A program made the translations under genes and the position numbers. This document shows, piece after piece, positions 49,339-62,548 of a stretch of 64,000 bases of DNA; positions within the stretch are counted from its first letter, which is position 1, and each line of letters begins with the position of its first letter. The stretch lies in assembly GCA_028826165.1 (NCBI GenBank), contig JAPDFW010000114.1, forward strand, positions 372,001 through 436,000. Reading direction: 5' to 3'. Below the pieces are notes generated by a model that saw only the letters and a program-made list of their open reading frames with translations, was not told where the DNA came from and made no database searches. This stretch comes from Anaeramoeba ignava BMAN (taxonomy: Eukaryota > Protista > Anaeramoebae).

Positions 49339-52300
49339 ATGGTTTTTAAAGTGGTTTTGCTTTTACTTTCCTTTTTTGTAAGTTTTATATTGTTTTTTTT
49401 TTGCTTTTTTAATTTAAAATTCATTTTACCATTCTTATTTATCTTCTTCTTTTTATTTTATTTTATTTTATTTTTATTTTATTTTTGTTTTATTATTTTT
49501 TTTGGATAGGTTTTTTTTCAACTTAATTTTGAAATTAATTGTGGAGATATAAGTAAGTTATTTTATATAAATTTTAATTTTAATTTTTATTTATTTTTTT
49601 TAATTTTAAATTTGTAAATAGTATTTTGTCCATCAAATTTTTCATTTGTTAACATAACCTCAAATTCGAATGTTTATTTAAAAACTTGTTGCAATGGAAC
49701 CCTGCAATATACAATTTCGGAAATGCAAACTTTTCAAAGTTTCGAAAATGTAAAATATTTTTTCATTTTGATTTTGATTTTGATTTTGATTTTCATTTTG
49801 ATTTTTCTTTTTTTTTTAGGTTACTTTTTTTGGAATGTCTCATGAAGGAGATTCGACTTGTGATGACAAAGAAGAAGTAGTAAATATGTTCTTCAATTCT
49901 CAATTCGAAGTAAATATTCGTTTCTTAATCAAATTTAATCTTTTTTTAAATAAAATTTATTGAATAATTTTGTTCTTCCACATTTTTTTAATTTTAGATT
50001 ATAGAATCTTTCGATATTACTTTCAATGCAACAGAGTTTCGATTTGATTTGACAAATACACAGAAAATAAATATTCAAAATTCTCAAGTTTATTTTTATG
50101 GGCATATTAACTTTAATAAATCTACTTCAGATCTTTGTCCAATTTTCGACATTTCAGATTCATCTTATGTTTATTTGGAAGATCCAAATTTCATACCAAG
50201 TGGGAATTGTGGTTCTCAAACATCACCATTGATTCTAATTGAAGACAGCGAAATTGAAGCAGATTCAATAACTCACAATTCTATTTTTGTTCTTACAATG
50301 TCGAATCCTACAATAAATAATTCACATTCCAGAATCAAATTTCCTTCAGGAAGTCCGATAAATATGCAAATACATATTAAAAATCTGCAAGATCTAGATA
50401 TAGCAGAAAAAAATATCATCACAATTGAATCAGAAGTTCCAATTCAAAATCTTTCTATTATGGGTGATTTGCTTGATATTCGTTCCAATTTTACTTCTAT
50501 TGATTTCAATAATTCAGCTCTTCAAGTTGATCTTGACAATTTTTATCAGATTGATACAGCCTCTTTTTCTCAAACAAGTACTCTTATTGGAGAAGGAGAA
50601 TTGGAAATTCTTTCACTTCACTTAGAACAAAATTCCGTTCTTGTTTCAAATATTTCACTCTCTGTGGAGTCAGCTTCTGCATTCATGAATACAACTCTTC
50701 AAATTAAGAATTCCACATTTATTAATAACTTAATCATGAATGAAGAATTGGAAATCAAAATTGACGATGGAGTTTTTCATTTATCCAATTCAAGTCAGAA
50801 TATTGATCTTGTTACGTTCATTGGTAATTCTATTTTTGAAGCTGATAATAAAATGCAGATTTCTCATATTCAAACAGCTGCAGATTATGGAAAACTTTCT
50901 GGAGGGATTTTTGAGGTTAGTGAAATAACTAGTGGAAGTAATTTTTATCTGGAAAATACTTTATTTTTGATTAACTCTTCGAATTCAAATTCAATCGTGA
51001 ATCTAACTCTTTCAAATTCTGAGTTCAAGAATGATATAGGAACGGTTTCGATCTCAAATGTTTTTTGTTTAGATGATTGCGAATTCTATTCAACAACTTT
51101 GATGTACATTACCAGTTTAACTTCTGATTCAAGTGTGACTTTGAATGGTCCTTTTTCGATTTCCAGTAGTTTGAATTGTTCAAATATTACAATTAAGAAT
51201 TCCACGCTTAATTTTGCAGCTGGAACGATTTTTTGGAAAACACTTTCTGAATTTAATGCATTCAATTCAACTTTAAATTTGCTCAATTCGTTTAATGTAA
51301 CAAATTTTTATTCCAACAACTCCACTTTCATTTCACAGAATACCAATTTAGATCAAATCTCAATCACAAATGGAGAGTTAATTGATGCCTTTAAATTTGA
51401 AGGAGTGGATGTGACTTTTGGAAATTGTATTTTTGGATCTGAAATTACTAGCGAATTTGAAAAAGTATTTGTGAATTCTGCTGTTACATTTCAAAACCCG
51501 ATAATTGTAAACACCTCATTACATATTAAAGATTCCGAAATTACAACAAACAACATTACGGTTCCTTCTGGAACTGAACTTTTTTTTGAATCAGTTAGTA
51601 GTGATCCTGAATTTTCTTGTAAGATGGAAGGAAATTTAACAGTTATAAATTGTACTTTCAATAATATCAATCTAGATGCTACAAGTTTTGAAAGCCTAGA
51701 GATTGAAAATTCTCAATTTTTTTTGCCTTTTCAAGCAAATTTTTCTGTTGACTCTTTGTCTCTTAATCAGACAGCAATATTAAATTTCAACGTAAGTACT
51801 GATAAATTTGATCTTTTTAATGACATTTCTTTGTGGATGTCAAATATTTATGTTCAAAATGAATTTTATATGGACGTGGACGGAACAAATGCAAATCGAA
51901 TTTCGGGTGATATGGGTCAATCAAGTGTTAATTTACTTTTGGATTCAATCTACTTCAATCGTTCTTTAGAATTATATTCACTTAACTTTAGTGTTACTAC
52001 GAATACAATTAATTTAACAACAAAGCTAACTGTATTTCTTTTAGACGGTTGTTATTTGTCAATAGATGCCAATGAAACCGTTTTTGAAAACTTAACTCTT
52101 GTGAATTCCAATATTCAAAGCAACAATTCAATAAAAGCTAATCATCTTCGTTTTGTTGAACAACCCAATCCTATTTTACTTCTTCCCAAATTTAAAATTT
52201 CTGAAACTTTTGTTTATCCCAACGGATTTGAACTTAATAATATGGAGATTGTTTTTGAATCAGATTGTAATATGGATTTTAACAAGACAATTACTTTCAC

Positions 52301-55300
52301 AAATGTATCTTTGGTTAATGATGGAGGAATAATGAACTTTACAAATCAATCTATAAGCTTCTTCAATTCTCAAATTGTCAATCATAAATTTTTGAACATT
52401 CACACAGAGTTTTCTAATTCAGAAAATTTTGGTATTGAAAATCTCTATAAACTCTCATTCACACCACCGTTAGGTATGCAAAATGAACGGACGAGATCAC
52501 AAGGAGATCCATACAGTTTCTGGTTTTCCGGAAATGTTTACAATGAAGGAGAGATTGTTTTCAATGGAGATATGAACATAGAAGGTACACTTGTTATGAA
52601 TAGCTCTTCAAGTAATGTTTCTTTCTCTGCAGATACTTCAATTATAGTGCAAAATTTTAATTTTTGGGATGGTTCATTTGAAGGAAATTCTAAAATGATA
52701 AATTTAGAAATTACAAAAACACTAATTTGCCAAAATGGAATTTTTCATTCTATTAATCTTACTTATGATACAGGGATTTTTACAAATGGGAGCTTTTCTA
52801 TTGTTTATTCGGGAGTTGGATCTACTAAAACATTTCTCGATACATCTTTTTTAGAGCTTAATTCTTCGTTATTTACTGTTGGTACATCTTTTCAAATATC
52901 AGATTATGGAGAGGCCATTTCAGGAGATCTAAATTCTTTGATAATAAACAATGGAGACTTTATTTCCCTTTCTGGAGTAAGTGGTGTTTCAATTGAAAAT
53001 TATGGGTTTTTTCAGGTCAATTACTCTTCATGTACATTTGGGAATTTTACAAATAATGGTAATGTTTACTTTGATGGGAATGTTACTGTTATGTCTCCTT
53101 TCCAAAATCTTGAAAATGTGATCTTAACAAATCATTTTACAGAATCATCTTATGAAAACTCTTTTAATTCTTCCTTTCAGAATTCTGGATATCTCGAAAT
53201 TCGAGCAAGTATCGCTTTCAGTGGGAGTTTTTCCTCATCATCAGGAAGCACAATTTTAGTTAAAGTTTGGAGTCTAGTTAAAACCCCAATAATTTTTAAA
53301 TCAACTGGAGCTAGTTTGACTGGATTTCTTGAAGTTTCTTTTATTGATTCTTTATCAGGTTTAAAATTGGACGATATTGTTACAATTATTAGATCTGAAG
53401 ATTCATCAATGATGATTACCGAGCTTGAATATTTGGATCAGACACATAAATTTGAGTAAATAAAAAGAAATAAACAAAACAAAATAATGTTATATTTATA
53501 ATGAAATGGTAAATTTTGTTTTTTTTTTCTTTCATTCAAAATCAAAATAGACCAAATGCTACATCATCTGCGATTGAATTTATTTTCAAGGGTTGTGATG
53601 CAGGATTCTATGCATCAGATTTATTTTCTGAATGTCAACCTTGTGGTCTTGGTCAGCATGCATCAACAAGAGGTCATACTATTTGTGATGATTGCCCAGA
53701 AGGAAGTTATGCAAATGAAACAGGAACAATATTTTGCACACCATGTGAAAGAGGGTCATTTGTAAACTCACTTAGAGCACAATCTTGTAAACCTTGTTAT
53801 GTTGGCACTGCTATAAATGATACAGGCTCTTCGTTCTGTATTGAATGTAAAAGTGGATATTATGCTGATGTTGAAGGTCTTTCTGAATGCCTTACTTGTT
53901 CAATGGGACATCAAACAACATCCTCATCTACTTGTGATGCTTGTCCAAGTGGGACTTATAATAGCAAACCAGCCTCTTCTTGTGATATTTGTCCTAGTGG
54001 AACTTATTCTCATTCTGGACAAACTTCATGTACTCCTTGTGAGAAGAATTTTTATCAAAATAATATTGGTAAATATTTTTAAATAATATTTTAATTGAAA
54101 TATTTTAATTGAAATATTTGATTTTAGGTCAAGGAAGTTGCAAAAGTTGCCCAATAAATACAGTAACACACAGTGATCGATCTTCATCAATTTTGGAATG
54201 TGTATGCAAATTGGGAATGTGGGGAAATCCTGGAGAAGATTGCAAAGAATGTCCCAAAGGAGGGATTTGTGAATACGAGGGAATCACAGAACCAGAAGTG
54301 AAACCAGGATATTGGGCAGACGCGGATCTCAATTTCTATCAATGTGATCCAGTTGAAGCTTGTCCTGGAGGATCAAAAGAAACTTGCAACACAAAATTAG
54401 GATATCAAGGAGCAATCTGCTCAGAATGTGCACCAGGATTCTACAAACTGTCTTCTCGTTGCTACAGATGCCCGACAAATGCCAAGAAAAGATTAATCGT
54501 TGCAGGACTTCTATTCTTTTTATTTGTGATTGCTCTTGTGATAATCGCAAAGAGTAAAGCTCGCTCATATTTCGGAAGTTTAAGCATCTCTTTCGCATTC
54601 TTCCAAATCTTATCAACACTTCCCAAAATGAAGATTGAATGGCCTTCCAAAATACAAAGTTTACTGGATAACTTAACCTTCTTTAATTTCAATATCGACT
54701 TAGTTGCTCCCGAATGCAGCGTGTCGACATCATACACAACCAAGTGGCTTGCAGTAATGTTTGCTCCTTTGGTGATTCTTGTGACATTTACTGTTCTCTT
54801 TATTATTGTCACACTCCATTCAATGATAATAAGAAAATGCGGAGCGAAATTCTCAAGAAAATTCCCGAGATTTTGCTCTAAACCAAGTAAACAAACAACG
54901 AACAAATACGTTTATCCTTTCTCGTGGATAAAATTCCAAATTAGCAAGCTCTTCACTCATGGGAACTCGTCAACGCAAAAGTTATTCTCAAGCTTTCTCA
55001 ACGCATTTGTTGCGTTTTTGTTTCTCGTTTATCTGTTTTTGTTGCAATGGGTTTTCTCATTGTTTTCGTGCACAAAGCAATCAGAAGGAGTTTACACATT
55101 GGATGCAGATCCAGCCTATCGATGCTACAATGATCCCTGGTGGAAGAAAATGATTATCCCTGGCGCTATTTTTGGTGTTGTTTATGTGATTGGAATCCCC
55201 ATTTTCATCGTTTTTATGCTCGTTTATCACAGCAAAAATTATAATGAAGAAATGTTTGATTTAAGACTCAGTTTGCTCACATCACGATTCCGCAAAGAGT

Positions 55301-56088
55301 GGTTTTTTTGGGAACTTATTGTTATGGCGCGGAAGCTTTTGTTTGTGTTCACTCTTCTTTATTTCAATTTTGCAACTGATTTCCAAATCCGTTTGTTGAT
55401 CATTGTTCTTCTTGTTGCAATCACTTTGCAGGCCGCTTTTGAGCCTTATGATACTAAATCAAGAAATCGAGCGGAAATGGCTCTTTTGTGTATTCTCGAG
55501 GTTGTCATGCTTTCAAGCTTTGTTTTTGTCTCAGATGAAGACAATTCCACAAAAACTAAAAACATTATCGAGAATATCATCATTGCCTTTATTTGGATCG
55601 CAATTTTTGTTGCTTTTTTTGTTGTTCTTACTGAAATTAAAGAAAGAGTGCATCAAAAACAGAAGCAAATCAAACTGGAAGAAAAAAAGGAGGAAAATGA
55701 AGATCAACTCCAAATTTATCAAGAATCAGCAATTATTCAATTTTTGAATAAGAAACCTTCTTTCCATTTTATTCTCGAATGGTTTGGAAAAGTGAGCCAC
55801 AAAAAAGTTACTAAATTCGCCAAAGTAATCAATCAATTTGATGAAGTTCTTCAAAAGAATTCGATTGAGTTTCCTGAAGAAAAATATCTGAAGATTTGGC
55901 ATCATTTAGTTGAGAATGAATTCAAAGATTGGTATGAACAGAATGCAACTATTCATGAGAAACTTTTATTTGCTCAACTTATTGATTCTCTTTTTAAGTA
56001 TATTTATTCAAGAGGAGATAATCCAATTCAAAGATGGAGATCAAATACTCAAAAAACTGTTCCACTTAAAAAGAAAGAAGATTTATAA
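49339..56088 (+). CDS. Large surface receptor-like protein: signal peptide, N/S-rich beta-solenoid-like ectodomain, Cys-rich (GCC2/GCC3, ephrin-receptor-like) repeats and a multi-pass TM domain
   Basis: Exons approximately 49339-49377, 49510-49552, 49622-49749, 49820-49909, 49998-53455, 53551-54068, 54128-56088. CxxCPxGxY repeats, GYQGAICSECAPGFY, FFQIL..WP, FFWELIVMARK and QAAFEPY motifs. Confidence 0.8.
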
Positions 56089-56242
56089 ATTTTTCTTTCC
56101 AAAAAAAAATAATAATAAAACGAAAAAGAGAAATTTTTTATGATTATTATAATTTTAATTTTAATTTTGAGTAATAAAACCAAGTAAATTAAAAAAAGAA
56201 AAAAAAAAGAAAAAAAAAGAAAAATCCGAATTTGAAATTTGA

Positions 56243-58026
56243 TTAACAACAAGATTTTTTTTGATTTGTTTTCCTAAATTGAACAATGTTTTTTTCTTTT
56301 GGAACTTTTATGTTTTCCGTTCTAATTTTTTAATTTTTTAATTTTTTTAATTTTTTTAATTTTTTAATTTTTAAATTTAAATTACTTTTTTTTTGTTTCT
56401 TTTGCAGCTAAACGAAATGCTTCAAGAATATTTTCTCCTGATTTTGCACTTACTTCAATGAAAGGAGAATGAAGAGAATTTGCTAAATTCTTTTTTTTTT
56501 TTTTTTAATTTTAATTTTTGAATTTGAATTTGAATTTGAATTTTAATTGGAATTTTAATTTGAATTTTGATTTTAATTTTATTTTTTGAATTTAATTTTA
56601 ATTTGAATTTTGAAATTGAATTTTAATTTGAATTTGATTTTTGGAATTTGAAATTGAATTTAATTTGAATTTAATTTGAATTTGAATTTTATTTTTGGAA
56701 TTTGAAATTGAATTTGAATTTGAATTGGAATTTTGGAATGGATAATTTACTGAACCCTGTTTTGTACTTATTGATCTTTGAGATTCCAAATCAATTTTAT
56801 TTCCAACCAAAATAGTTGCCACATTTTGAGGAGCATTACTAGAAATTTCTCTAAACCAATTTTTAACTTGATCAAAACTAGATTGATTTGTTACATCATA
56901 AACAACCATAACTCCATCAGCATTTCTATAATAAGTACTTGTTATTGTTCTAAATCTCTCTTGACCTTAAATATTTAAATTTTTTAAATTTTGATGCATT
57001 TTTTTGTATAAAAAATTATAAATAAATTTTGTTTCAATTATTCTAAAATACCTGCAGTATCCCACTATAAAATTAAAATTAAAATTAAAATAAAAATTGA
57101 AATTGAATTTAAAATTGATTTTGATTTGAAATAAAATTAAAATTAAAATTGAAATTGAAATTGAAATTGAAATTAAAATTAAAATTAAAATTAAAATTAA
57201 AAATAAAATTAAAATTAAAATTAAAATTAAAATTAAAATTAAAATTGATTTTGAAATTAAAATTAAAAATTAAAATTGATTTTGAAATTGAAATTGAATT
57301 TAAAATTAAAATTAAAATTGAAATTAAAATTGAAAGTAAAATTGAAATTGAATTTAAAATTGATTTTGATTTGGAAATTGAAATTAAAATTAAAATTAAA
57401 ATTAAAATTAAAATTGAAAGTAAAATTGAATTTAAAATTAAAATTATAATTATAATTATAATTAAAATTAAAATTAAAATTAAAATTAAAATTAAATTTA
57501 AAATTAAAATTAAAATTGAAATTGAAATTAAAATTGAAATTAAAATTAAAATTAAAATTAAAATTCAAATTAAAATTAAAATTAAAAATTAAATTTAAAA
57601 TTGAATTTAAAATTAAAATTAAAATTGAAATTAAAATTAAAATTAAAATTAAAATTAAAATTAAAATTAAAATTAAATTTAAAATTGAATTTAAAATTGA
57701 ATTTGAATTTGAAATTAAAATTAAAATTTGAAATTGAAATTGAAATTAAAATTAAAATTGAAATTGATTTTGAAATTAAAGTTGAAGTTCATTTTTGATT
57801 TCGATTTCGGTTTCAATAAATCTCAAATAAATACAATTTGTAATTTTGCTTCTTCACCATCTAATTCAATTGAAGAAAATCTAAAATCAACACCAATTGT
57901 TGTTCCTGGATTTTGAACAAACTCTCCATCACAAAATCGAAGAAGAATACAACTTTTTCCTACATCAGAATTACCTATAATAAGTAATTTAAATGCACTA
58001 TCATCAATTTCATTATCTTGATCCAT
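56243..58026 (-). CDS. Rab GTPase, Rab1/Rab8-like
   Basis: Exons 58026-57835, 57064-57052 (13 nt), 56965-56751, 56489-56386, 56321-56243. [39 protein letters not shown] and C-terminal SCC* motifs. Confidence 0.93.
57068..57790. repeat. Intronic hexamer satellite (AAAATT/GAAATT)n
   Basis: Inside Rab intron 57065-57834. Confidence 0.9.
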
Positions 58027-58116
58027 TGAATTTTTATTGTAAATTGTTTTATTTTGTTTTTGTTTTTTTTCAAATAAAAAATAAAAAGAAAAAAAATGAA
58101 AAATAAAAATTATTTT

Positions 58117-58153
58117 TTTCATTTTTTCATTTTTTCATTTTTTTCATTTTTTT
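58117..58153 (+). promoter_or_regulatory. Tandem TTTTCATTT Inr-like motifs immediately before the ATG
   Basis: Four tandem TCATTTTT copies ending just before the ATG at 58156. The same motif occurs strand-correctly upstream of most genes in the window. Confidence 0.5.
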
Positions 58154-58155
58154 AA

Positions 58156-60848
58156 ATGAATCTTTCAACATTTTTTGATAAAGTTTTCTTTTATTTTTTT
58201 ATTATTGGATTATTTTTTTTACTTTTTTCTTTAATAGAATATGTTTTTAAAAGATTACAATATAAAAAATTTAATAAAACTTTTTTCACAAAAACAAAAG
58301 AAGAAAGATTTAAATTTTTAACAACTGAACTTCGTAAAAAAATTGGTTCTATTGAAGATATTTTATGGATAACAAAACCAAGTTCTTCTGATACTTTTCG
58401 TTCTTCTTTTATCTTACTTATTCTTGATTTTATTGTTTTTTTTGTTGTTAGATCTGTTTCAGAACTAATCTCAAGTCATTTTAATAATAATTTTATTTAT
58501 AATTTTATTTATAATTCTATTTATAATTTAATTTATAATTTAATTTATAATTTTATTTATAATTTAATTTATAATTTTATTTATAATTTAATTTATAATT
58601 TTATTTATAATTTTATTTATAATTTTATTTATAATTTAATTTATAATTTATTTATAATTTAATTTATAATTTTATTTATAATTTTATTTATAATTTTATT
58701 TATAATTTAATTTATAATTTTATTTATAATATTATTTATAATTTAATTTATATTTTTATTTATTATTTTATTTATAATTTTATTTATAATTTAATTTATA
58801 ATTTTATTTATAATTTAATTTATAATTTTATTTATAATTTAATTTATAATTTTATTTATAATTTAATTTATAATTTAATTTATAATTTTATTTATAATTT
58901 AATTTATAATTTTATTTATAATTTTATTTATAATTTTATTTTATAATTTTATTTATAATTTAATTTATAATTTAATTTATAATTTTATTTATAATTTTAT
59001 TTATAATTTTATTTATAATTTTTATTTATAATTTTTATTTATAATTTTATTTAATTTTATTTATAATTTAATTTATAATTTTATTTTATTTAATTTTATA
59101 ATTTAATTTATAATTTTATTTATAATTTTATTTATAATTTAATTTATAATTTTATTTATAATTTTATTTATAATTTAATTTTATAATTTAATTTATAATT
59201 TAATTTATAATTTTATTTATAATTTAATTTATAATTTTATTTATAATTTAATTTTATTTTTATTTATATTTTTATTTATAATTTTATTTATAATTTTATT
59301 TATAATTTTAATTTATAATTTAATTTATAATTTAATTTATAATTTAATTTATAATTTAATTTATTTATAATTTTAATTTATAATTTAATTTATAATTTAA
59401 TTTATAATTTAATTTATAATTTTTAATTTATAATTTTAATTTATAATTTTAATTTATAATTTTATTTATAATTTAATTTATAATTTAATTTATAATTTTA
59501 TTTATAATTTAATTTATAATTTTATTAATAATTTTATTTTATAATTTAATTTATAATTTTATTTATAGTTTAATTTATAATTTAATTTATATTTTAATTT
59601 ATAATTTAATTTATAATTTTATTTATAATTTTATTTATAATTTTATTTATAATTTTATTTATAATTTTATTTATAATTTTATTTATAATTTAATTTATAA
59701 TTTTATTTATAATTTTATTTATAATTTTATTTATAATTTTTATTTATAATTTTTATTTATAATTTAATTTATAATTTTATTTATAATTTTATTTATAATT
59801 TTATTTATTATTTTATTTATAATTTTATTTATAATTTATTTATAATTTTATTTATAATTTTTATTTATAATTTAATTTATAATTTTATTTTATAATTTAA
59901 TTTATAATTTAATTTATAATTTTATTTATAATTTAATTTATAATTTTATTTATAATTTTATTTATAATTTAATTTATAATTTAATTTATAATTTAATTTA
60001 TAATTTTTATTTATAATTTTATTTATAATTTAATTTATAATTTAATTTATAATTTTATTTATAATTTAATTTATAATTTTATTTATAATTTTATTTATAA
60101 TTTTATTTATATTTTTATTTATAATTTTATTTATAATTTTATTTATAATTTTATTTATAATTTAATTTATAATTTAATTTATAATTTTATTTATAATTTA
60201 ATTTATAATTTAATTTATAATTTTATTTATAATTTTATTTATAATTTAATTTATAATTTAATTTATAATTTAATTTATTATTTTATTTATAATTTAATTT
60301 ATAATTTATTTATAATTTTATTTATAATTTAATTAATAATTTAATTTATAATTTAATTTATAATTTTATTTATAATAGGACAAGGAGCTCCTCCAACACT
60401 TAATCTTATTCTTCCTTTTTTTACTTTTGGAATGATTTTTTTAATTCATGACTCTATAAAAAATGCAACTAAAAAATGGTATATCCTTACAAAGAATGAT
60501 GTTGTTATAACCCAAATAAATCAAGTTGAAAAAATTCCATTTAATAATTTACCACTTTTAGCAAAAAAAAATCATAAAGATGGTTCAGTTTCAATTATTT
60601 TTGATATTGAATCTAAAATTGTTGAAACTAGAAATGAAAAAAGACTTGTTAAAACAAAAAAAGCATTTTCTCATATTTCTATTGAAGAAGGAAATGAAAT
60701 TCATAAAATTATTTCTAAAATTAGAGAAAAAATTGTTGAATCAGAAGAAAAAATTGGAAGAGTTTCTAAAAAAGAAAATCAAAATGAAATTGAAAATATA
60801 AAAGAAAAAGAAAAAGAAGAAGAAAAAACAATTCATAAAAGAAAATAA
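58156..60848 (+). CDS. Small membrane protein with bacterial PH (bPH)-like C-terminal domain
   Basis: Exons 58156-58474 and 60379-60848 join in frame through a GTCATT donor. EDILWITKP, two TM helices, WYILTKNDVVI, DGSVSIIF and AFSHIS motifs. Confidence 0.6.
58488..60375. repeat. Intronic 12-nt satellite (TTATAATTTTAT/TTATAATTTAAT)n
   Basis: Inside intron 58475-60378. Confidence 0.95.
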
Positions 60849-60969
60849 ATTGATAAAAGAAAATTTTATTTCTTCATTCATTCATTCAAAAAAAAAAAAA
60901 GAAAGAAAAAAAGAAATCTTTTTCTTCAATATTCTTTTTCTTCAATATTCTTTTTTAGTATTCTTTTCT

Positions 60970-62310
60970 TTATAAAAGTATCATGAATAAAGAAACTAAA
61001 AAAGATGCAAATAAAACTTGAATTTTTGAACCAGAACTATTAGGATTATCAGGAAAATCAGTTTTCTCAAATAAAAAAGTAATTCCAGTAACCATTTCAG
61101 AATCAAGATAAGTAGAAAGAACACCAATAGCAGAAATATTATCCCAAAGAACACCACCACCATCAGCAAAAAACGTAGTTTCAGAATTAGCAGGAACTAA
61201 AGCAGAAACAAATTGCCAATCCAAACTAGAATCAGAATATGCATACATAAAAAAAGCACCAGTTGATCCAGAAGTATAATTTGATTGAGGATCATTTATC
61301 ATAATTGAGTCTTCATAAATATCAACCATTTGACCAAAATTACTTGCTGAATAAGGATCAGGAGGAGTAATTTTTTTCATTTCTTGCCAAGTAGAATTGA
61401 CAAGTTCATAAACATAAACAGAACCAGAAGTGGAAGATGTAAGATATTCACCAGGACAACCAATAACTGAAATATTACCAAATCTTGCTATTGAAGTACC
61501 AAAATAATCAAAAGGAAATTGGAAATTGGGTCCAAATTGTTGGGTTTGATTCCAGCCTGAAGGTGTTTTGTTGAAATAATAAACAGTTCCACAAATAATT
61601 CCACTTCGATTTGCTGAGACTGCACCAACAAGAAGAGTGTTATCATAATAAGCAACAGAAGATCCAAAATTATCATAAGGTTGAATATCTGATGAATAAA
61701 TATTCCCGACAAATTCCCAAATTGAATAATTGTTTTTCATATAAAAATAAACGGTTCCACTTTGTGTTCCATTGTCAGATGCAATTGGATCACCAACAAA
61801 AAGATAATTATCACCAGCATCAAAAATTTCACCGAATTTTTGACTTGATCTTGGTGTTTCTGCAGAAATATTTACAGTTTGATTCCAAGTAGCGTTATCA
61901 CTATCATAATCAAAAATATAAATTGAACCTGCTTTTAATGATCCATTAATTTCTTGTTCAGGAGCAGCAATAAAAATATGACTTTCTGTAAGAATTATAT
62001 TATTTCCAAAAAATGAATGATCTGTCAAATTTTCAACTGTTAAATTTTGCTTTTCTTCCCATGTTTTGTTTGTGGTTTCATATTTAAATATATATACCAT
62101 TCCTTTTTTTGTATAATTGATTTGTTGTTCTGGTGCTCCTATTACCATCCATTCAGAATTCATTGCAATACTTGATCCAAAACTACTATCCCAATCTGTT
62201 GTGTTTGGTTGAATTTTGTTTTTTTCAATATATTCAATGTGATTTTGAATTGAAAAAATGCAAAATGAAAAAATTATTATTAATTCAATTAATAAAAGAA
62301 ATAATTTCAT
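60970..62310 (-). CDS. FG-GAP (integrin-alpha-type beta-propeller) secreted or surface protein with GPI-signal-like tail
   Basis: Intronless. Signal peptide MKLFLLL, repeats FGSSIA..VIGAP..G.VYIF, C-terminal NSSGS followed by a hydrophobic end. Confidence 0.85.
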   Translation of the reverse strand: MKLFLLLIELIIIFSFCIFSIQNHIEYIEKNKIQPNTTDWDSSFGSSIAMNSEWMVIGAPEQQINYTKKGMVYIFKYETTNKTWEEKQNLTVENLTDHSFFGNNIILTESHIFIAAPEQEINGSLKAGSIYIFDYDSDNATWNQTVNISAETPRSSQKFGEIFDAGDNYLFVGDPIASDNGTQSGTVYFYMKNNYSIWEFVGNIYSSDIQPYDNFGSSVAYYDNTLLVGAVSANRSGIICGTVYYFNKTPSGWNQTQQFGPNFQFPFDYFGTSIARFGNISVIGCPGEYLTSSTSGSVYVYELVNSTWQEMKKITPPDPYSASNFGQMVDIYEDSIMINDPQSNYTSGSTGAFFMYAYSDSSLDWQFVSALVPANSETTFFADGGGVLWDNISAIGVLSTYLDSEMVTGITFLFEKTDFPDNPNSSGSKIQVLFASFLVSLFMILL

Positions 62311-62548
62311 TTTTTTTTTTTTAGTTATAAACAAAATTAAAAAATTAAAAAAAAAGAAAATTAAATTAAAATAAAAGTGAGAAATGAAAATGAAAATAAA
62401 TAAAAAAAATTTTCTTTTAAACTTTCCCTTTTTTTTTTAATTACGTCATTTAAATAAATTTTTTTTTATTTTTTTATTTTTTATTGATCATTTTTAATCA
62501 AAAAAAAAAAATTAAAAAAAAATATTTTTTTCGCTTTTATTTTTATTT

